Positions 47,501-56,737 of a stretch of 64,000 nucleotides of DNA are shown piece after piece. The stretch is taken from positions 160,001 through 224,000 of the forward strand of contig CAXBMO010000009.1 of assembly GCA_963977015.1 (NCBI GenBank), written 5' to 3'. Position numbers and translations under genes: made by a program. The stretch's first letter is position 1. Each line of letters starts with the position of its first letter. A model generated the notes under the pieces. The model did no database searches. It saw only the letters and a list, made by a program, of their open reading frames with translations, and was not told where the DNA came from. Origin of the DNA: an uncultured bacterium. GTDB taxonomy: Bacteria; Verrucomicrobiota; Verrucomicrobiia; Verrucomicrobiales; DEV007.

Positions 47501-49928
47501 AGTCTTCGCGATTGTGGACAAAAACCATCAAATGGCCTGGTCCCTCGCATCCGGAGATCTCCTGTTCGAAGACGACTACTCGGGTTGGTATGCAGGCAGC
47601 CTCGCCAGCCACGACAATGGCATCGCGCTCCTTTCCCACCAACGAGGTAACGATGAGTTGATCTTGCGCAATTTCACCGGCCTCAGCGATCCGATTCGAA
47701 TTGCCATGCACTGGGACGCCATGTCGGTCTTCCAAGCTCGTGAAAAAGGCGTCCAGATCGTTTGCCGGGACGGCGCCATCAGGGCTTGGGATTGGAACGG
47801 CAACTTCCTCAACACCCAACGAATTGCCGATGCGAATGGAACCAGCGCGACCGCAAAAGTCGGAGACACAACCTGGGTAGCCGGGGACAACCTGTCGATC
47901 TACCAATCGCTCGACACGCCACCGGTGTTCACGCAATCCTGGTGGAGGGACGTCCGGCACATCCAGGCACTCAACCAAGACCGGTTCCTGTTGCAGACCC
48001 GTCGCGGCCTCGAGATTCGGTCGATGGAAGACGGGAACTTGCTCTCCTCCCGTCTGATTTCGGCAGATGACGTCTTGGTCGAAGAGGAAGCCGGGCTGGT
48101 CTTTCTGCGTCGCCCGGGAGTTCTGGAGGTTTACGAATGGAGTGAGCTTTTTGATTCCGAAATTTCAAATCCGGCCCCATCAGCTCGCGTCTACGGAGTC
48201 GACCAAGGCCCCATGGCTTTTGATGGTTCGCGGCAACAAATCGCGGTTCCCTATAACGACGGGTTTCACATGTTTGATGCCCCAACTCTGAAGCGCAGCC
48301 AGCGGATTTTAAACTCGAGTCCTGCCGCCGCCGCATTCGAGCCGAACACTCAAGATCTTTGGCTGGCTAACCTCGATACAGCAAGAGGTCGTATGGAAAT
48401 CTTCGTCCATCGTGATTCCGGGAATCAGGGCATGCTCTATCATCCGGTTCATCCCGAATCAATCAACACGTCGAGCTTTCAGTTCTCCGACAGGAGGTGG
48501 CTTCTGCTGGGCCACAAAGATGGCTCGGCGGAAGGGCTCGATCTGACACTTCGATCCAGCCACGAACGATCCCTCGTCATTCCCGAACCGGCTGTGAAAC
48601 CCATTTCACCTTCCGGATACAAACCCGTCGCCTCCATTCACGTGCTTCCAAACCAGGAATTTCTCCTTTCCAGAAGCACCAACGCGTTGGCCATTTTCCG
48701 TCCCGACAAGGAAGGGAAATACGCCGAGAAACGAACATTCTCACCCTTTACAAAACCTCCCAACCAAGTGGTCCCCCTTCCCAACCAAACGGTACTGATC
48801 GAGTCGGGAGGGGAATTGGCACTCTTTCAACTCGGCAACTCCATGCGGCTGTCGCGTTTTGATGACGATGTGGGGAAACAATCGACAGGCTCCCACGCAT
48901 TCTGCACGCCTAACGGAGTTGTTCACCCCAAAGACCGCACCGTGGTGATCGTCGGGGAATCCGGGACATCACAGACTCTCGTTCCCGAGAAAACGTCTTC
49001 CGAAAGTTTCGAGGAAGTGTTTGTCGGCCCGGGAGAGGATCTGGTTCTCGCGCTCGATTGGGAGGCCGTCGTCGCTTGGACACTGGACAAGGAGAATGCT
49101 GGCAAAACGTTCTTTGACGCGGGCATTGAACCTTCAGCATCCCGAATCCTGGCGTTGCCCGCCGCCCAACCGGGCACCCTGACGTTTACGGGCCGGAGAA
49201 GTTTTGCCGTCGCGGTTCGATCCGAAATTTGGGAAATCGAAGTGCCTGAAGATGGAACTTCCAAACTCAAAACCTCGCGAACCTGGAGGCCGCAACTTGG
49301 CTCCGACACTCGAATTACTTCGATGGCGAAATCCGGCGAGACCTTCGCGGTCGTGGATCGAACCCAGGATCGCCCTTTTCTCTACGGAATCACCGGCCAT
49401 CCTCATCAACCGGACATTGCTCAGATCGCGTTGCCTGGAATCCCACGGTCTCTTCGATCTCTGAATCAACAGGGAGTGATCGCGGTTGGTTCGGAAGATG
49501 AGATTTTCGTCGTCGATGTGGCCGGGAACAGGCTGTTGCGCCGCATTGAGCTTCCGAAATCCGGGCAATCGGAAATCCGCCCGATCGAAGACATGTCTCC
49601 CGTTCCCGGATCGAACGTCGTCCTGATTGGGCGCGAACAACGGATCAGCGCAGTGGATTGGGAAAGCGGCGAATTTATCACCGACTTCCCGGTGCATGAG
49701 TTTGTCTCCTCCATCCACGTCGATCCGGATCGACAACAGGCCCGGTGGTTGGGAAGCAAATGTCACGGAATCATTTATTTGCCGAACTTCACGGCCAAGG
49801 CCCCCACCGCCGAAGAATTGGAACAAAAACTGGGGCTGCAGCTGAGGAACGGACAGATCCATCAAACCAAACCACCGCTGCGATTGCGCAGGGTGACGCC
49901 TCCACTCTTAAACGCTTCTCATCCATGA
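44592..49928 (+). CDS. STAND NTPase (nSTAND1-like) with DUF4062/TIR-like N-terminus, TM and C-terminal beta-propeller
   Basis: KVFVSSPGDV..SGTEFE, NPYRGL..F..GR, GASGTGKSS, VDQFEELF, MRSDF, LPLL, HEAL. TM TVLSGISTLALIAIGFAIFA. Beta-rich repeats such as DGAIRAWD. Confidence 0.88.
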   Translation: MIKLKVFVSSPGDVAREREIARRVMARVENRFAGQVEIEPYLWEHEPLQSSADFQGNIPPTSSFDLVICILWTRLGTRLGPQYQTTEGRRFNSGTEFEVLTTIEAQDQPPQGLPILSIFLNKTDWKVPTQDLSAAQSQLAQLQKLRDFLAQLFFEQDEEDESVTLNKRAFNQYHSLDQFEDLLNKQIVQLIEKKLRDRPEGGLAPPEKRKASWKGNPYRGLEVFEFKHAAILYGRTRATESVLNALKSRWDAGCGFTLILGASGTGKSSLVRAGVLPLLIQPGVVEKVGLWRRASIMPGRSSGDAMDALSAALLSPEALPNLAPIEDSERVHQLAAELRTMPEFVADRIRDELRQAGHTWLVEEKVKLNEKASQLSREGRSQDAATLEAQIQGMAAPETRLVILVDQFEELFTSTISEEARIEFVRVIDCFARMGETAVIATMRSDFYASYQRYPLLINLAGETGRVDLTPPQPIEIGEMIRGPAEAAGLQFEIDAETNQSLDEALRDAAMESPEGLPLLEHVLKLLFQLQAERQDGWLRWEDYRKLGEFSGALSQHADQVLGQLKSSSLEVLDDVLESLITVGVSEESKPVRRIARYDLVATHPAVSNLIEAFVDARLFTTGKDEQGRATVSVAHEALLRVWPRITEWIEENRDFLQMRARLETARKAWEAAKEHPDFLLDHGRPLAEAEELQSRYGSALAERDRTFIRLSSAAVHRVENRNRRIRRTVLSGISTLALIAIGFAIFANRMQAKAVEERQATEAANLAILKGNARSAKQSHKLAEAALWDVALIEAKQRLGQPNRLDQLRLLALEPELDFFRWRLPSNGRVRQIVPRSSGESVFLNLGSRDLLHATRNEDGDWNLEALNAIREPVFTIAPSPGDEGILFVITRQKLIAMNVNSMTQLWEFAADEGEFSPALSVTENVWVWLGNQLLGIDPSKGTVKVSMQTGLSSASTIDAAVIDAAQGKVFAIVDKNHQMAWSLASGDLLFEDDYSGWYAGSLASHDNGIALLSHQRGNDELILRNFTGLSDPIRIAMHWDAMSVFQAREKGVQIVCRDGAIRAWDWNGNFLNTQRIADANGTSATAKVGDTTWVAGDNLSIYQSLDTPPVFTQSWWRDVRHIQALNQDRFLLQTRRGLEIRSMEDGNLLSSRLISADDVLVEEEAGLVFLRRPGVLEVYEWSELFDSEISNPAPSARVYGVDQGPMAFDGSRQQIAVPYNDGFHMFDAPTLKRSQRILNSSPAAAAFEPNTQDLWLANLDTARGRMEIFVHRDSGNQGMLYHPVHPESINTSSFQFSDRRWLLLGHKDGSAEGLDLTLRSSHERSLVIPEPAVKPISPSGYKPVASIHVLPNQEFLLSRSTNALAIFRPDKEGKYAEKRTFSPFTKPPNQVVPLPNQTVLIESGGELALFQLGNSMRLSRFDDDVGKQSTGSHAFCTPNGVVHPKDRTVVIVGESGTSQTLVPEKTSSESFEEVFVGPGEDLVLALDWEAVVAWTLDKENAGKTFFDAGIEPSASRILALPAAQPGTLTFTGRRSFAVAVRSEIWEIEVPEDGTSKLKTSRTWRPQLGSDTRITSMAKSGETFAVVDRTQDRPFLYGITGHPHQPDIAQIALPGIPRSLRSLNQQGVIAVGSEDEIFVVDVAGNRLLRRIELPKSGQSEIRPIEDMSPVPGSNVVLIGREQRISAVDWESGEFITDFPVHEFVSSIHVDPDRQQARWLGSKCHGIIYLPNFTAKAPTAEELEQKLGLQLRNGQIHQTKPPLRLRRVTPPLLNASHP

Positions 49929-52900
49929 AGAAGATACTCCTGACCTGGTTCACATTGCTCTGGTTGGTTGCCCTGCCAACTGCGTTGGGGAAACCCAACG
50001 TCCTCGTCGATTTTCCATCCTACGAAGAACCGGTTTCTCGCCCGGAAATCCTCCTTGGCCATCAAATCCGTGAAGCGCTCGTTCTCGCCTTGAAACAAAG
50101 CGGTCATCCCGTTGCCGTTGATGCACTGCTGGCGCCACCAACCACTGATTTCGACTTCCGACTTCCCAACGCGCTTCCTTTTGAACTTCCGGCCGAGTTG
50201 CATCCCGAGGTTCGCTTTCGCATCGAGCATCTCAGTTCCAGCAACATCCGCATTGCGATCCGGTCCAAGGACTCGGAGCAATTCACTTCTTTTCTTGAAT
50301 TCGCCGCTGGGGAAAAAGCTGTCTGGCCCAAAATCCAGAAGCAGGTCTACACATGGGCAGGAACCGATCCCCCCGATCAATCACCCGCCCTGCCGCCCGA
50401 ACCCAACGCAGAAGCCCCTCGCTCTCCGTATCCCAATGATTCCGCCTGGCTCGATTCCGGGTTCACCGACAGGCTCGCGACCTACAATGCCCTGGCTTCT
50501 CAACTCCACAGCCCCACATCGAATGCCAGGGAATATCCGCTCGCAGGTCTGGCCCGTCTGTCAGCCCTGCATGCGGCTTACTATAGCAGGATTGACGAGG
50601 TATCTGCATTTCGTTACGCAGCCCGGTCGCTGGTCTTTCTCGAAATGCTTGAGCAACAGGCATCGGCCCCTCCGGAAGTTCGCCATTTGATAGAGAACAT
50701 CCGCTTTCTTGCCGAGCGCTTCACTCTGAGATCCTGGTTGCCGACACCAAAGACCGTCGTTCTGCCGGAATTACAGCTCCTGATCAATCACGAGCGCAAT
50801 CAAAATCTCACGATCCATCCCGGAGCAGAATCTCTCTTTGCATTGTTGGTTTCTTGCGAAGCTTATTCACCGATCCGTGGCTATGATTCGGCCATCAGCA
50901 AAGCCCTCGATTTTGAAGGCTTTTTCGCCGCGCTTGATCAACGCGTGGAATCGGAAAAAACCCCAGCCTATTCGGGGTTGATCGAAAACGGAGAACGATA
51001 CTTGGAGCACGCCCTCGTCTTGGCCCGGCACACCGACTACACCTTCGATTCGGTCATGATGGTGGATCGCTATGTTTACGCTCTCTTTCAATTGAACCAG
51101 GAAGCCACTCCCACCGGTCAAGAGTTGGGAGTGCTGGCAAAACTTGATGGTTTCGAAGCGGTTGAAGGCCTCACAACAGAAGTCATCTCGTGGATCAATA
51201 CGGCGGAGCAGCACTTTGACTGGCTTGATACGGAGGGCGCAGCCATTCCCAAAGACGACCTCACCGCCCACACTCTCCCATACCTCAAAATCCTGGGGAT
51301 ATTGTACTGGCTGGACAACGAGATCCCCGACAAACCAGAGTTGTGTTATTCAAGCTCATGGAAACTCAACTGGTATGACATCCGCCAAGAGTTCGTGAAC
51401 CGTCACGCTTCTCTTGCCGTGTCCGCCTACGAGCGTTTCCAAGACCTTGGCGTCTCCCAAGCGAGTGCCATGAAGCGGCAACTGAACCGCTTTGGAAACG
51501 AAAAGTTGAATCGCCCGAGCCGATTTCTCGCGCCGATTCAGATTACCCCGACCACGGTCGTATCCTGGCAATGGCTGTGCGAAGACTTGCAGACGCTTTG
51601 CGCTCAAGTGCGGTGTACTCCAGCGACCGGGATCCTGACAAAGTGTCCCACAATTCGCGACAGCATCGCCTCCGGCTCCCTATCAGAAGACCAACGTGTC
51701 ATGTTCATCGACGCATTGCAGGAGTCGATTCAAGACCCTGAATTGGTTCAGCAAAGCAACTTTCTCGGCTGGATTGATGAATCTCTGATTCGAGAGATCC
51801 GCGAATTGATTCGCGAAGGGGATCCCGAAGCCGTGCCTCACATCAACGCATTCGTGCTCGGCATCATTTTTGACGGAGTCTTCGCGTTTCCTGATTCGTA
51901 CGACAATTCTCCACTTCTATCCATCGCCGGTCGTCAAGCGAGTCGATGGGTCCGGCAGGCCAAGTACCTGGACAATCGCGGTCAGACCGACAAAGCGGCG
52001 ACGATGGCGGAGAAAGCCTTCACATTGACTGACCAAAACAGCCTTTTCGGGAGCGACTATGTCATGATTCTTGGCAGAACCGGCCGACTTCACGAAGCCC
52101 TGGCCCAAATGGCAATCCTGGCGGCAGACGACTTCGCCCACGATTATCACCGACGCCGAGTTCTCAAATGGCTCCCCCATTGCGGCGCCCTCAATTGCCC
52201 ACAAGGTCTGGAAGTCAACCTGGCGGAGTATCTCGGAGAAAACACCACCGCGTCTTCCATGGATTATCTTGCTCGCGCAGAATATGCGTTTCGACTGGGC
52301 GAATGGGAAGTGATGAAACAAGTGGTCGACGACTTTCACTACGCAGGCTCTGCGCGCAGGGAGGTTTTGGATGCCATCGCCACAACGATGTTGAGCCGCC
52401 GGGACAACCCGGATTGGTCCCACATCGAATCCGCTCTTCGATCGGAGCTGGCAGCTTACGGCGGCAGCATCCTGGAGTCCTATGATTTCTGGTTGGCCAT
52501 CCTCGACCGCGAATTCGGCGACGCACCTGAGTGGGACGGCATCAAGCAACGAACCCGGTTTGAGGACATTGCTCAACTGCATCACCACTCGAAACAGCTC
52601 TGGCTTCCGCTCAAAGAGGACGAAGCTGCCAAGATTCTGAACTGGTATCAGAAGACGACCGAAGCCTTTCTTGAGGAAGACGGCCCCTGGCAAACCGGTG
52701 TCGATGACTGGAAACTCAAAGCGGTGCTCGACGAACATCGTGCCCTTGGAAAATGGATCGCCCTGCAAACGGACCGATTTCGGACTTCGCCCGCCCCGTC
52801 AGTCATCGAAACGGCAGCCACCGTTGTCCGGAAAACCAATGAAACCCGGGAGTTGCGGGCAAAACTCCAACCTCGCGAACCGGTCGCCATGAATTTCATG

Positions 52901-53401
52901 GTGTGGTTGCTTCGCGAAGGTTGCCCACCGGAAAAGGTGGCGGAGTTTGCTGAGAACCTTGTCTCCAGTGGCGCGAATCCCTGTCACGGCGAGTCCATTC
53001 TTTGTGAGGCGGTTCGAGATTCCGAAGCGTTGTCCCTCATTTTGTCCTGGCCCAAGGAAGCCCTGCCGCGGAGGGCTGACGATCCCCAGAAATTCGCGAT
53101 CGACCTCGAAGGGCTCTTTCAATGGGCTTTCGTCAACGGACGCGACACGATCGCCGAAGACGCAGCTCGGAAGTTGGCCGTGGAATCGTCCGATTTCAGG
53201 GCCCTCCAGCTCTTCTTTTCAGATCAGGACCAGGCGGCAGTCTGGATTCACAGCAACGCTCCGAGCCGCAAGTTGCTTGCCGTCTGGAAGCAGCAATTGA
53301 ATTCCGAAAACCCGCACGAACGCCTCCGCAAGGAGCGAACGGCAGCCAGTCATCCAGCGCCCAAAATTCCGCGACCGCTCTGCGCTACCACGGTTGAATA
53401 G
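49925..53401 (+). CDS. Large secreted alpha-helical (partly TPR-like) hypothetical protein
   Basis: Signal peptide MKKILLTWFTLLWLVALPTALG at ATG 49925, overlapping the STAND stop (ATGA). TPR-like segments such as GQTDKAATMAEKAF. Confidence 0.75.
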   Translation: MKKILLTWFTLLWLVALPTALGKPNVLVDFPSYEEPVSRPEILLGHQIREALVLALKQSGHPVAVDALLAPPTTDFDFRLPNALPFELPAELHPEVRFRIEHLSSSNIRIAIRSKDSEQFTSFLEFAAGEKAVWPKIQKQVYTWAGTDPPDQSPALPPEPNAEAPRSPYPNDSAWLDSGFTDRLATYNALASQLHSPTSNAREYPLAGLARLSALHAAYYSRIDEVSAFRYAARSLVFLEMLEQQASAPPEVRHLIENIRFLAERFTLRSWLPTPKTVVLPELQLLINHERNQNLTIHPGAESLFALLVSCEAYSPIRGYDSAISKALDFEGFFAALDQRVESEKTPAYSGLIENGERYLEHALVLARHTDYTFDSVMMVDRYVYALFQLNQEATPTGQELGVLAKLDGFEAVEGLTTEVISWINTAEQHFDWLDTEGAAIPKDDLTAHTLPYLKILGILYWLDNEIPDKPELCYSSSWKLNWYDIRQEFVNRHASLAVSAYERFQDLGVSQASAMKRQLNRFGNEKLNRPSRFLAPIQITPTTVVSWQWLCEDLQTLCAQVRCTPATGILTKCPTIRDSIASGSLSEDQRVMFIDALQESIQDPELVQQSNFLGWIDESLIREIRELIREGDPEAVPHINAFVLGIIFDGVFAFPDSYDNSPLLSIAGRQASRWVRQAKYLDNRGQTDKAATMAEKAFTLTDQNSLFGSDYVMILGRTGRLHEALAQMAILAADDFAHDYHRRRVLKWLPHCGALNCPQGLEVNLAEYLGENTTASSMDYLARAEYAFRLGEWEVMKQVVDDFHYAGSARREVLDAIATTMLSRRDNPDWSHIESALRSELAAYGGSILESYDFWLAILDREFGDAPEWDGIKQRTRFEDIAQLHHHSKQLWLPLKEDEAAKILNWYQKTTEAFLEEDGPWQTGVDDWKLKAVLDEHRALGKWIALQTDRFRTSPAPSVIETAATVVRKTNETRELRAKLQPREPVAMNFMVWLLREGCPPEKVAEFAENLVSSGANPCHGESILCEAVRDSEALSLILSWPKEALPRRADDPQKFAIDLEGLFQWAFVNGRDTIAEDAARKLAVESSDFRALQLFFSDQDQAAVWIHSNAPSRKLLAVWKQQLNSENPHERLRKERTAASHPAPKIPRPLCATTVE

Positions 53402-53414
53402 CGACTCTCCCGTT

Positions 53415-56102
53415 CTATCCCAACCAACCTGAGCGAAATGCCAGGACCGCAAGAGTGGCGAGGAGGGTAATCACCAGGAGGGTGATGAGGATGGAGACGA
53501 TCTTGAGTCCCGAACGCGGTGGCGTTGCTTGCGGCGGGAGGCTGCAGGCCGCTGGAGGAAGCCTGAATTCCTGCGTCTGGTCCAGATCGGCGGAGGGACG
53601 CGAAGTGGCAGCCGGCGCGGGCATGGGAGGGGCAGGTGGTGGGGAAACACTCCGGCGAACTGGGGGCTCCTCTTCCATCGAATTATCGCCCGGTTCAAAT
53701 TGTAGGTTTCCGCCAAGGTCATGAATATCAAAGTCCTTTCCGGAAATGATCTCCTTTACCGTTCCATCCTCGGCCTCGGTAGTTTCCGAAGGTTCGAAGC
53801 TCGGTTCCGGCCCTTCTAACTTCTCCTCATTGGTCGATGCTTTGGGTTCCGGACGCCCAATGAGCCGCGTCGCCTCCTCTTCATCGCCTCCCCCACCGTA
53901 GACGGGAGCCGGTTCATCGTCTTCCTCGCTGCGCTCAATGATTCGCGTCTGCGATGGGATCTCACGGTTGACGGACGCGGAGTAGTCGGCCAGCGGATTG
54001 CTTGCGAGCTTGAGCGCTTGAAAGTGAATTGAAGACAACTCTCGCGGGGCCACCGGCATCGGCATTTCCCAGTAGGTTGGCCGGATGAAATTCTGCCGCC
54101 GTAGCGAAAGTGCGTGCCGATATTCCTGCATCACCACGTCTGATTGGCGGGAATTCGATGACCAAAAGAGCTGAAACACGTCTGCTTCCTCAATCAGGTT
54201 CATCAATTGCGGGTGCCAGGCCTCGCCCGCGCGCAGTTCCAGCAAATCCCGGAGGTAGCGATCGCCCAACGTTTTGCCGTAGTTCTCGATCTGCTCGACA
54301 ATGGCCAAATCCTGCCGGGAATAGGATGGAAAAATCCGCCGATAGAGCGCCGCCGAATCGGAAACCTGCTCGACTTCCGAAGGCAGGGAAACTCCGGCCG
54401 GGGTAATCTGAAAACGGAGGGGAACTTCCGCGACCATCAGACTGCCCAAATAAATGGAGAGACTGCCCGCCGCTTCCGTTGCGCCGCTGCCGATGGGGCG
54501 AAGCTGAAACTCTTCTTTGTGGACGTTGACGCCCCGGACCCAGAAAAAGGAGCGCGAGGGCGGATTGAAACGGACTCCCGGCACGTGGGGCACCAGCCGA
54601 ATCTCCGCTTCACGCGGAATCGCCAGGCTACTGTCCTTGGTGGTGTCGAGGTATTGGCTGATCTTTTCTCCCAAAACATCCCCCGCCTGCGCCCTCACCT
54701 CCTCAACCGGGTGCGCGGCGTTGGCCGGAGCGTCGATCGGCTTATCATCCAGGTGCGTGAACACCAGCATCTGGCTCCACACATCCGCCGGGAGACTCTT
54801 GGGCCGATAGGTGGTGAACTGCACGTTCTCCGGCGGATATAACCCTTCCTCGCCGGCCACCTCCTCCAGAATTTCGCCGTCTTCACCGTCGTCAAACAGG
54901 CCGTCCGTCACTTCAATAGCCGGCTTGGCTGCGACCGGCTCCTTCGCCCACTCCTCAGGTTCGACGGGTTGCGCAACCGGAGGCACCACGGCCTCCTTTT
55001 TCTTCTCCAACTCCGGTTCAGGCTCCGGGACAGGTGCAGGCACGGGAAACGATGGCAATGGCGCCGGGGGTGCGACCGGCATCGGCACTGGCGCACCAGC
55101 GTCCTGCGAAGCCACCTCATGTGGAGGCTGGGAAGTCCCATCAAGCTCGTCTGTATCCTCCGTTTCTACCGCCGGAGCCTCGACCACCGGTGGTGCGGGA
55201 CGCTTTCCCAACAGTTTCCTCAACTCGTCAACGGACGCGGGCCGATCTTCCGCATCGACGGCAAAAGCCCGATCGATGGCCCCGAGCATCTCCGCCCCAA
55301 AGCGATCCACCAGCTCCTCATTCCCGGCCAACGCGGGCGATTTCTCCGGACTGGTCAACCGGGTTGGCGCGGGAGTTGGACGCTGCCGCGACACGACGTG
55401 ATAAAACAACGCCCCCAGGGAATAAAGGTCGCTGGAAGGCCCCTCCACCACATCGGTCATGAACCGATCGATCGGCAAGTAAGGCGAAATGAGCCGTTCG
55501 CCATCATCATTCTTTTCGTAAGCGGCCTTGGCGGCGCCAAACTCAATGATCTTGGGCTCCTTCTTGGGTCCAGAAAGAACGACGTTATCCGGGGCAAGGT
55601 TCAGATGCAGCGCGCCTTTCTCGTGCAGGTATTCCACCCCATTCAGGACGCCGCTGATCAGGTCATACAACTCCGCCGCACTCAACCAGTCCTCCTCACT
55701 CTCGCGCCTGCGGATCTCTTCACTCAGGGACCGGCCCACCACATACTGCAACACACAATACGCCGTCCCATTCGCCTCAAAAACATCGAAGACTCGCACC
55801 AGTCGCGGATGGTCAAACTCCAGCCACTGCTTTGCCTCGCCCACAAAATCCTTCAACGTCGTTGCAAAAAGGTCGGCATACAGCGGGTTGCCCTCAAACG
55901 TCAGCACCTGCTGACTGGATGCCTCGCGATACGCCAAATCTTCAGGAAGCAGCTCCTTCACCACCACCTCACGCATCCGCACCGTATCCCAGGCCAGGTA
56001 GGTGTAGCCAAGGATTCCCGTCCCGAGGCGTTCACGAATCTTGTATTGTCCCAGACTCGTTGCCGGTGCCAACGGAGTCGCTTTTTGAGGCGGTGCTTCC
56101 AT
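53415..56102 (-). CDS. Pseudokinase K5, Pro-rich linker, unknown beta domain, TIR-like domain, disordered linker and C-terminal TM
   Basis: GTGILGYTY, VVVKE, HLNLAPDN, EFG. TIR-like RIFPSYSRQD..ADVFQLFWSSNS..SDVVMQEYRHAL. C-terminal hydrophobic helix. Confidence 0.85.
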   Translation of the reverse strand: MEAPPQKATPLAPATSLGQYKIRERLGTGILGYTYLAWDTVRMREVVVKELLPEDLAYREASSQQVLTFEGNPLYADLFATTLKDFVGEAKQWLEFDHPRLVRVFDVFEANGTAYCVLQYVVGRSLSEEIRRRESEEDWLSAAELYDLISGVLNGVEYLHEKGALHLNLAPDNVVLSGPKKEPKIIEFGAAKAAYEKNDDGERLISPYLPIDRFMTDVVEGPSSDLYSLGALFYHVVSRQRPTPAPTRLTSPEKSPALAGNEELVDRFGAEMLGAIDRAFAVDAEDRPASVDELRKLLGKRPAPPVVEAPAVETEDTDELDGTSQPPHEVASQDAGAPVPMPVAPPAPLPSFPVPAPVPEPEPELEKKKEAVVPPVAQPVEPEEWAKEPVAAKPAIEVTDGLFDDGEDGEILEEVAGEEGLYPPENVQFTTYRPKSLPADVWSQMLVFTHLDDKPIDAPANAAHPVEEVRAQAGDVLGEKISQYLDTTKDSSLAIPREAEIRLVPHVPGVRFNPPSRSFFWVRGVNVHKEEFQLRPIGSGATEAAGSLSIYLGSLMVAEVPLRFQITPAGVSLPSEVEQVSDSAALYRRIFPSYSRQDLAIVEQIENYGKTLGDRYLRDLLELRAGEAWHPQLMNLIEEADVFQLFWSSNSRQSDVVMQEYRHALSLRRQNFIRPTYWEMPMPVAPRELSSIHFQALKLASNPLADYSASVNREIPSQTRIIERSEEDDEPAPVYGGGGDEEEATRLIGRPEPKASTNEEKLEGPEPSFEPSETTEAEDGTVKEIISGKDFDIHDLGGNLQFEPGDNSMEEEPPVRRSVSPPPAPPMPAPAATSRPSADLDQTQEFRLPPAACSLPPQATPPRSGLKIVSILITLLVITLLATLAVLAFRSGWLG

Positions 56103-56308
56103 ATCTCTTGGGGAACAAATAAGGATTCAGGAAAACCCCGTCAAAATAATTGTCTAACATTTGCTCCACTCAACTTCCTGCGTTGGCCTGGATCACCCGG
56201 GAGACGCAGCGATGTTGGGATGATTGAACGTTGCCAGTGCCCGTCGAGCTAACAATGTCGCAAAAATGCAGCGATCAATTTCGCCTCATTGACGAGCGGA
56301 CCATCAGC

Positions 56309-56725
56309 TTAAAAGGCAAAGGTCAGCGCAATAGCTACGCCGGCGGAGAGGAACAGGAGGAGATTGAGGGACAGGTTGTAGATCCAGAACCGGCGCTGGT
56401 TGCGTTGCCCGGCCTCCAGATCCGGAAAGTGTCCGGTTTGGCTGAAGCGGGAGACCCACACGGCAAAGCGATGAAGGCTGATGGCGGGGTAGACGCCGAG
56501 CAGGGCCACGACGATGAGGACGATGCCGGTAGTCGTGGCGGCCGACGCCGGCACCAGATTGAGTTCCATAACAAAGGGAACCCCTGCGATAAGGGCGCCC
56601 CCGAGGATGGCGCCAAAAAAGGCGTAAACCCCAATGATGGTGGAGGTCAGGCGAACCCAATCGCGTGTTTGATGAGCGGTATTTTGAATCCGCTCCATTT
56701 GATCGACCTTTTTGCGACGTCTCAT
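56309..56725 (-). CDS. Small 3-TM membrane protein (DUF5362-like)
   Basis: TRDWVRL..YPAISLHRFA..QRRFW pattern with three hydrophobic segments. Confidence 0.65.
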   Translation of the reverse strand: MRRRKKVDQMERIQNTAHQTRDWVRLTSTIIGVYAFFGAILGGALIAGVPFVMELNLVPASAATTTGIVLIVVALLGVYPAISLHRFAVWVSRFSQTGHFPDLEAGQRNQRRFWIYNLSLNLLLFLSAGVAIALTFAF

Positions 56726-56737
56726 TCGGGTTGCGCG

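Noticed and set aside
49745-49924. ORF-track start of the 1218-aa protein
   Set aside because: It overlaps the STAND gene. The signal peptide begins at ATG 49925.
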